A stretch of DNA of 64,000 bases from Eledone cirrhosa (lineage: Eukaryota): the NCBI GenBank assembly GCA_964016885.1, contig OZ024757.1:36208001-36272000 (forward strand), read 5' to 3'. This document shows positions 56,050 to 64,000 of this stretch, piece after piece; positions within the stretch are counted from its first letter, which is position 1, and the number at the start of each line of letters is the position of its first letter. The notes below the pieces were generated by a model that saw only the letters and a program-made list of their open reading frames with translations, searched no databases and had not been told where the DNA came from. A program made the position numbers and the translations under genes.

Positions 56050-56088
56050 CTGACGATGTTGCTGATGTGCAACGAAAGAACTCTGTTA
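56050..56088 (+). ncRNA. Hammerhead ribozyme core motif; 5' strand of helix I replaced by microsatellite
   Basis: CTGACGA-t-GTTGC tgatgt GCAAC-GAAA-G aa C-TC; AATAAA about 80 bp downstream. Confidence 0.65.
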
Positions 56089-56276
56089 GACTATATATAT
56101 GTGATTGTGTCTATATTGTATCTGTATTTTTGACCATTGGTCAGTCAATGGTAACATTGAGGACCGAATAAATTAAATTAACCGATATAAAAGATACAGA
56201 AGCGAAAACCAACCAAACAGTGAGTGTGTTCTGTTATTAATTCTGGCAATATTATTACACAAATATGACCCTCCCC

Positions 56277-56342
<66 letters not shown>

Positions 56343-56348
56343 AATATA

Positions 56349-56379
<31 letters not shown>

Positions 56380-56504
56380 CATCATATATATGTGTATATA
56401 TTCATATATATATATATGTATATATATAACAAGGGAATTGTGGTAAGGAACCTGATGGACCATAACGCACCAGAGTACTCAATACTTAGGGTAGTAGAGT
56501 GGGA

Positions 56505-56610
56505 AATAGGAAAAAGTATGACCGCGACGGCAGAGCTCAAGCTGTTTCTGGACTGAAATAGCCGTCGAAACGGATTGAGCTCTGCCGTCGGGGTCATACT
56601 TTTTCCTATT
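56505..56610. repeat. Short fold-back element; a partial copy lies at about 6004-6053
   Basis: aataggaaaaagtatgaccgcgacggcagagctcaa pairs with ttgagctctgccgtcggggtcatactttttcctatt. Confidence 0.85.
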
Positions 56611-56867
56611 ATGTATATATATATATATATATGAATATATACATATATAAGTGTGTTCATTGATATGTATGTATAAAAACATTTTACTGTTTTTTTAGCC
56701 TCTTGGATTGTTTACCATTATTCCTTTAAAATATACAACTTTTATCCAATAAACACCTGACGATGTCACCAAGATCTTATGGAACTTGTCCACTGATATC
56801 TACATAGTGTTTGCTATGATAAATCTTTGAAGGAATTTCTCCAGTCAGGCCTCCTTGTATTTTACTC

Positions 56868-56905
<38 letters not shown>

Positions 56906-57153
56906 ATGTGTGTGGTTGGTTGAAATATATAGAATTTGAACTCTAACCAGCTTGATAACTCTACACCCATGTCTAATTGCCTGTTGGCATTTAATGTCTA
57001 TGTATGTATGTGCGTGTTTGTGTGTATGTATATATATATATGTATATATTTATGTGTGTATATATACGTATATATGTATATATATATGTGTGTGTATATA
57101 AATATATATGCGTGTATATATATATTTACATATATATATATATACATCCATAT

Positions 57154-57184
<31 letters not shown>

Positions 57185-57185
57185 G

Positions 57186-57259
<74 letters not shown>

Positions 57260-57734
57260 CAGGATAGAAACAGTGTCAAACTTGGTCTAGCCTGGAACTA
57301 TTGCTCAGCCATTGTATTCCGACTCTTCATAGCCATACTCTACTGCCCCAAGTCTGTTGAGTAAGTTTTAAAATGGTTCTATCCTGATTTTTATATGTGT
57401 GTGTGTGTGTGTAAATTATAAGGTGTTAACTGACTAGAGTTGTGGAATCCACTCTCCAATCAGTTAACAGTGGTGCCGATAGCATATAGTACTCTGTGGC
57501 ATGTACTAATTCAAGATTTCATTGGTAGTCTAAAGCTGAGTATACAGTACGGTAAATATTGAACTATTGACTTGCGATTAAATTTATTCTGCTGTTATAT
57601 ACATTTCTCTGGGGTTGATAATTAGCTGATGTGATCACCACATTACCATTGGCCCGAGCTCATCATATAGCATTTCATATGGCCTTCACTAATATTTACT
57701 GTACTCTGTATGTTTGTGTCTGTGTGTGTATATT

Positions 57735-57792
<58 letters not shown>

Positions 57793-57869
57793 AGGTGAGT
57801 TTTATTGTAGCACAATAAAGCAATGCAAATATCGGATAAGTAGCACTCTACAGTTTGTAGGACTGGAGT

Positions 57870-57987
57870 ATAAATAATATAAGATCAAAAGATGGTTAAA
57901 AGAGTTCCAGATATCATCCCATGATGATATTTGTTTTTGAAATGCGTATAATAAAATACTTGGAGCTCTTTTAACCATATTTTGATC

Positions 57988-57997
<10 letters not shown>
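57870..57997. repeat. Fold-back element between (TA)n tracts
   Basis: atataagatcaaaagatggttaaaagagttcca pairs with tggagctcttttaaccatattttgatcttatat; the loop contains ATGATGA..GAAATGCGTA. Confidence 0.75.
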
Positions 57998-58039
<42 letters not shown>

Positions 58040-58329
58040 GATGATGAGAAAAAGAGAGATGTGTGTGTATGATTAATTTACTTTAGATGAAAACATTAAC
58101 GGCTGTTGTTTGCCCCCCATCCCCCTCACCTATCACTACATATTACACATCACACAATTATACATACTCACACTGGCACATACATACACGCATGTTGTTT
58201 GCGTTGTTTGATCTGAGTATCTTGTCCAGATTTAGTCTCTCTAAAACACCCTATTCTCTCTCTCTCTATCTCTCTCTCTCTCTCTCTCTCATATACATAT
58301 ATAATGTGTATATATGTATATATATGTGC

Positions 58330-58365
<36 letters not shown>

Positions 58366-58468
58366 TATATTATATAATAACATGAATATGACATCTTTAC
58401 AGTTAAAGGGCTAACATTTATTATATAATTGACACCTGTTTTGCCAGTCTATATTCTCTCTATATATG

Positions 58469-58551
<83 letters not shown>

Positions 58552-58878
58552 CAATCACTTTCAATGCAGAGGCATGATGGATTATTTCTTTCCATACTTT
58601 TACTACTACATCTTCTATTGTTACTGCCCTTCTATCATTCCATAGTTTGCTCAATCTCACTGTCTGTGTCTATTGCCTGTAGAGTTTTGTGTTATTTCAC
58701 AGCTAGAGAAAAGCCTCTCACTCTTCTGCTCTATGTTATGCCTTTTCATTTTGAAAATTGTAATTATATGAGGGCAAGCACAAATGCACTGATTTTATTT
58801 GTGTGTGTGTGTGTACATCTATATATATATAGTGAAAAAAGTGTAGACGTTAGAAAATGTTCTATACAGGTCACGTCA

Positions 58879-59200
58879 TATAAAGAAAATAAGGAAAAGG
58901 GTTTGAAAAGCGCACCTGGTATATATATATATAAAGTATCTTTGTAACATGTACAAAAATTAGCAAAGCCTGCTTTCTCCGTTTTGGATCATTAAAACTC
59001 CTGCATGCTGATTCTCAACCGCATTGGTTTGGGTCGATTCTGGGGTTTTAAGGAAAAAACAATTTAACCTAATAACAAATGTTTTGGTGATCCAAAACAT
59101 AGAAAGCAGGCTTTGCTAATTTTTGTACGTTATAAAGATCTTTTTTATATATTTATACCAAGTGTGCTTTTGAAACCCTTTTTCTTATCATTTTCTTTAT
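58879..59200. repeat. Fold-back element with ~120-bp arms
   Basis: gtacaaaaattagcaaagcctgctttct pairs with agaaagcaggctttgctaatttttgtac. Confidence 0.85.
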
Positions 59201-59266
59201 ATATATATATATATATATATTAGTTATCATCAATGCATGTATAATGTGGAATGCCATCTCTTATAT

Positions 59267-59386
59267 GCAGGGTGGCACAAAAGTCACGCACCAGTAAAAT
59301 AACACTTTGCCATAATATCTTTATATTTGTTATAGAAACAGTTTTTCCCATGGTTAGGGTGGTGCATGACCTTTACCACCCTATGT
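59267..59386. mobile_element. Small Tc1/mariner-type MITE
   Basis: Imperfect TIRs CAGGGTGGCACAAAAGTCACGCACC / GGTGCATGACCTTTACCACCCTATG. Confidence 0.55.
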
Positions 59387-59614
59387 ATATATGTATGTGT
59401 TTATATATATATATGATATATATATGTGTGTGTATGTATATATATATATTATTGTTATTGAATCATATCAATGTATAATTTCCATTGAAAACTTTCTATG
59501 ATACAAAGGTATTTATTTTCTTAAGTGCTTATATTTGTCTAAAACCTTTTCCATAATAAAAACAAAATTTGTTTTCACTCTGACACAGCAGCAGATACAT
59601 AAATGAATTTGTGA

Positions 59615-60091
59615 GTTTTATGTGGAATAATAATATAATAACATTATTAATATTTGATTCGTTCACAAGCAAACAGCCTCAAAACACCATGTGTTTTAGA
59701 TGACTATCATCATCTTTTTGTTCTAGCAGTAGCAGAGAGAAACAATCATCAATTGTTTCAGAGCCATTGCCCCTAGTCACAACAAGTTTTGTTTTTAATT
59801 TCCAGCATGCCAGCTGTAAAATCGCTCAGTATGAAAATTAGGCTAATCAGCCGATATATACCTTAGAGAATACTGTATATTCTCCAGAGTTCTAGTTTGT
59901 AGCAGAAAAAGATAGATACACAATCTTGACAAGAGGCAATAACCCTGAAACAATTGTCAATTGTTTCTCCCCGCTCTCACTAGAACAAAAGGATGATATT
60001 AGTTGTCTAAAACACATGGGCTTGAGAGGTTGTTTGCTTGCTAACGAATCTAATATTAATAATGTTATAATATTAGTATTCCATATAAAAC
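59615..60091. repeat. Fold-back element with ~170-bp arms and a degenerate hammerhead motif
   Basis: ataacattattaatatttgattcgtt pairs with aacgaatctaatattaataatgttat. The right arm reads acaatc-TTGACAA-g-agg..cct-GAAA-caattg-TC-aattgt. Confidence 0.75.
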
Positions 60092-60704
60092 CTTCCATAA
60101 TAATTTAATATAGAAAACTTTTATGTTTTCAAACCACCAACTTAATAATGAGAAAGTTAGTTATATTCCTAAATCTTTTGAAAAATAATACTTAGTGCCT
60201 ATCAGATGGTATGGTAGTGAAAGGGTTAACACAATAAATCAATAATTATTGATTATCATTATTATTATGACGATACTAACTTCATATAATTACTTTGTTA
60301 TTCATAACTAGAGAGAAAAATTATATCAATAGCCCCTCTATTTTTATTTTTATGAGTGTGTGTATATATATATAATGCTTTGGTATCTATTGCGTTAAAA
60401 GTACATTTTTTTAAGTGAAAACTCCTACAATTTTGTTGTTGTGGTCTTCTTGTGAAATATGAATGTTTTTTACTATTTTTTTTCCAAATTAATCCATTCA
60501 GAAATCCTGTTAAGCATTCACATGATATTATATGTATTACTTTATTTCTATTTTGTAGTATGGAGGATATTTCATGTCTACTGTGTGTGGCTGACAATCT
60601 CATGTGGTTGTCCAGCCTTTTCTGATGATCACCAGCACAATAACTAAAATTATATATATGTATAGGTGTAGAGGAATGGCTTGTGAGGACAGTACAAGCT
60701 ATAT

Positions 60705-61540
60705 ACATGGAGTGCCCATAACAGAGGAGTTTAAGACTGGTTGCCCATGGGAACTTCTCTATACTGACGATCTGGTTCTTATAGTAGAATCAGTAGAGGA
60801 GCTAGAGAATAAATTCTGGCTATGGAAACAGCAGTTGGAATCAAGAGGTCTGAGAGTGAACATAGCTAAGACTAAAGTGTTGATAAGTAGAAGAGAGGAC
60901 AATACTCTGATTCCATCAGGGAAATGGCCATGTTCGATATGTAGAAAAGGAGTTGGCATAAATTCTATAGAATGTACATAATGCAGATCTTGGGGGGTAC
61001 ACAAGAGGTGTAGTGGGATAGCAGGCAAACTAACAGGTAGGGAAAATTATATATGCAGTAAATGTACAGAGAAAGTTAACAAAGAAGGGTTTCTCCCTGC
61101 TTACGAAAGGACAGTTATATGATGCCTGTGTGAGATGCGCGATGCTGCATGGTAGTGAGACATGGGCAGCAACTGCAGAAGATATGCGACGGCTGGAGAG
61201 AAATGAAGCAAGCATGCTCCATTGGATGTGCAATGTCAATATGCGTGAACGACCAAGCATAGATGAGTTGAGAAAGAAACTGGGTATAAGAGGGATAAGT
61301 TGTGGTGTGCAGGAGAGAAGACTGAGATGGTATGGACATGTGATGCGCATGGAGGATGACCGCTGGGTAACGAAGTGCCAAGAAATCCCAGTAGAAGGAA
61401 GACTCAGTAGAGGTAGACCACGAAAAACATAGGCAGATGGTGAGAGCAGACCTCAGATTGCTGAAACTCACCAAGGAGATGACGAAGGACCGTGACAAGT
61501 GGAGAAATGCTGTGCTGAAATGATGATGATGTTGATGATG
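60705..61540 (+). mobile_element. RTE LINE 3' portion (degenerate RT, Cys-rich domain, internal deletion)
   Basis: GCPWELLYTDDLVLI...GLRVNIAKTKVL...WPCSICRKGVGINSIEC; MLHGSETW...RRLRWYGHVMRM...GRPRKT; followed by (TGA)n. Confidence 0.9.
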
Positions 61541-61727
61541 ATATATATCCACATATACTTACATACACACACATATATATATATATATATATACATACAT
61601 AGATAGAAGTTATAGACCCAACTTCATCATCGATCTGCTCTTCAGACTGACGATGCAACAAAAAATATAGTGTTTGTTGTGATTTATGAGATGATGTAAA
61701 CATTGGCACTATTCTTTTTGTGTGGTC

Positions 61728-62136
61728 GTTTGTTGGTGTTAGATTGCAGTAGGTAGGGCAACTTTGTGTGGGCGTTTGTTGGTGTTAGATTGCAGTAGGT
61801 AGGGCAACTTTGTGTGGGCGTTTGTTGGTGTTAGATTGCAGTAGGTAGGGCAACTTTGTGTGGGCGTTTGTTGGTGTTAGATTGCAGTAGGTAGGGCAAC
61901 TTTGTGTGGGCGCTTGTTGGTGTTAGATTGCAGTAGGTAGGGCAACTTTGTGTGGGCGTTTGTTGGTGTTAGATTGCAGTAGGTAGGGCAACTTTGTGTG
62001 GGCGTTTGTTGGTGTTAGATTGCAGTAGGTCGGGCAACTTTGTGTGGGCGTTTGTTGGTGTTAGATTGCAGTAGGTAGGGCAACTTTGTGTGGGCGCTTG
62101 TTGGTGTTAGATTGCAGTAGGTAGGGCAACTTTGTG
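61728..62136. repeat. Minisatellite, 46-bp unit, about 9 copies
   Basis: Unit gtttgttggtgttagattgcagtaggtagggcaactttgtgtgggc. Confidence 0.95.
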
Positions 62137-62274
62137 CATATATACACACACAGTATGTTCAAGTGTGTGTGTGTGTGTGTGTGTGTGCATGCACACACAA
62201 TACAAGTCTGGCTCTTTGACTTTACAGATAGTTGTTCTGACTGGCTTCTAGTTTCACATAAATCGAGGATATTT

Positions 62275-62490
62275 CCCTCCCTCAGAGACATTGAAACTGT
62301 TGAGGGTGCTTCCCTCCCTCACACCAGTCTCAGAGACCCTGAAATCTGTTAAGGGCACTGTCCCGTCCTCACATCAGTCTCAGAGACCCTGAAATCTGTT
62401 AAGGGCACTGTCCTGTCCTCACATCAGTCTCAGAGACCCTGAAATCTGTTAAGGGCACTGTCCCTTCCTCACACCAGACTCAGAGGCTCT
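62275..62490. repeat. Minisatellite, 50-bp unit, about 4 copies
   Basis: Unit cagtctcagagaccctgaaatctgttaagggcactgtcccgtcctcacat. Confidence 0.88.
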
Positions 62491-62509
62491 AAAAATGTTT
62501 GTGAGCACT

Positions 62510-63155
62510 GTGTGTTATTGTTGGTATATATTGTGTCTGTGTGTGTGTGTGTTATTGTTGGTATATATCGTGTGTGTGTTGTTGGTATATATCGTGTGTG
62601 TGTGTTATTGTTGGTATATATTGTGTGTGTGTGTTGTTGGTATATATCGTGTGTGTGTGTTATTGTTGGTATATATCGTGTGTGTGTGTTGTTGGTATAT
62701 ATCGTGTGTGTGTGTTATTGTTGGTATATATCGTGTGTGTGTTGTTGGTATATATCGTGTGTGTGTGTTATTGTTGGTATATATCGTGTGTGTGTTGTTG
62801 GTATATATCGTGTGTGTGTGTTATTGTTGGTATATATCGTGTGTGTGTGTTATTGTTGGTATATATCGTGTGTGTGTGTTGTTGGTATATATCGTGTGTG
62901 TGTGTGTTGTTGGTATATATCGTGTGTGTGTTGTTGGTATATATCGTGTGTGTGTGTTATTGTTGGTATATATCGTGTGTGTGTGTTATTGTTGGTATAT
63001 ATTGTGTGTGTGTGTTGTTGGTATATATCGTGTGTGTGTTATTGTTGGTATATATTGTGTGTGTTGGTATATATCGTGTGTGTGTTGTTGGTATATATTG
63101 TGTGTGTGTGTTGTTGGTATATATCGTGTGTGTGTGTTATTGTTGGTATATATCA
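62510..63155. repeat. Compound mini/microsatellite (tattgttggtatatatc(gt)n)
   Basis: Directly visible. Confidence 0.95.
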
Positions 63156-63516
63156 TGTGCAAGTGTACATGGGTCAGCTGAAAAGTTCATAGGCTGACCA
63201 AGATACTCTCATGGAATGACCAAATGAGGTATATTTTTCAACATAGTCCCTGGAAAAAGACAATTCAGTTATTAATAACAGTTGAAACAAATTTCACAAT
63301 TCTAGCATCACTCCTTCATGGTCTGGTTGTGAACTTTTCAGCTGACCATTGTATGTCTATCTGTTATGGTTGTTTTTTTTCCTGTTTTAGGATTCCCCTT
63401 GTTAGAATAATGTCTGCCCCACATTACATATATTTCACATATTTCATGCATTCTGGAATGGAAAAGAAACCTAACTAAATCTGTTGTATTTCTATTTTGA
63501 CTTTCTTGAAATTTAG

Positions 63517-63665
63517 ATAAACTTCGGAATCGATCTTCTACAATTGATTCGGCCAAATCTGACAAGTCTGTCAGCTCGACAGCATCAACGCAGTCTAAAA
63601 GTAGCAGGAAGGCCATTTTCGATAGATTGTCTACACCCAAGAAACCTGCAGACACCCCCCCAAAA
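63517..63665 (+). CDS. MAP7: MAP7-like gene, exon E (phase 1 in, phase 0 out); absent from the ORF track
   Basis: Acceptor ctttcttgaaatttag|AT, donor AAA|gtaagt. Encodes DKLRNRSSTIDSAKSDKSVSSTASTQSKSSRKAIFDRLSTPKKPADTPPK; xxRLxTP resembles the conserved MAP7 P-region motif. Confidence 0.75.
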
Positions 63666-63667
63666 GT

Positions 63668-63702
<35 letters not shown>

Positions 63703-63970
63703 AGAAACTCTCCAAAACTAAGTACACACACACGTCCCAAAAGTAAGTACACACACCAGACACCCCCCAAAAGTAAGTATACACACACACCAGACACCAC
63801 CCTCCAAAGTAAGTACACACACACATCAGACACCCACCCCAAAAGTAAGTACACACACACACACACACACACACATGACACCCCCTAAAAGTAAGTACAC
63901 ACATACACCAGACACACTCCTCTAAAGTAAGTACACACACACCAGACCTCCCTCCCCCTGTAAGTAAGTA
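63648..63970 (+). repeat. Tandem repeat of the exon E end plus its 5' splice site
   Basis: Unit cagacaccccccaaaa-GTAAGT-(ac)n, about 8 copies. Confidence 0.85.
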
Positions 63971-64000
63971 TATATACAGACACACCCGACAGCCCCTGCA

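Noticed and set aside
61648-61690. CTGACGA plus stem, hammerhead-like (also about 56757 and 45865 minus)
   Set aside because: GAAA or other core elements are missing; too degenerate to call.

Overview
Repeat-dense, AT-rich eukaryotic intronic DNA, most likely from an octopus: it has (TA)n/(CA)n seas, tRNA-derived SINEs with (ATG)n tails and RTE LINEs. The only host gene I can support is a + strand MAP7/ensconsin-like microtubule-associated protein gene. Five internal GT-AG exons (16897-17138, 19666-19951, 45273-45404, 53811-54062, 63517-63665) chain with compatible phases; the start and end lie outside the window. The introns hold RTE LINE fragments, two SINE families, Tc1, mariner and hAT relics, Helitrons, Penelope-like GIY-YIG fragments and about 10 minisatellites with 37-53 bp units. 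The most interesting signals are: (1) short (TA)n-embedded, often fold-back elements carrying minimal type-I hammerhead ribozyme motifs, consistent with Penelope pseudo-LTR derivatives; (2) a Helitron inserted precisely in the IVY motif of a Penelope endonuclease; (3) a minisatellite grown from a 5' splice site; (4) a symmetric exon with upstream RBFOX motifs, bracketed by inverted SINEs. Most ORFs in the supplied track are microsatellite artefacts. Family and organism assignments come from motif recognition by eye, not database searches.
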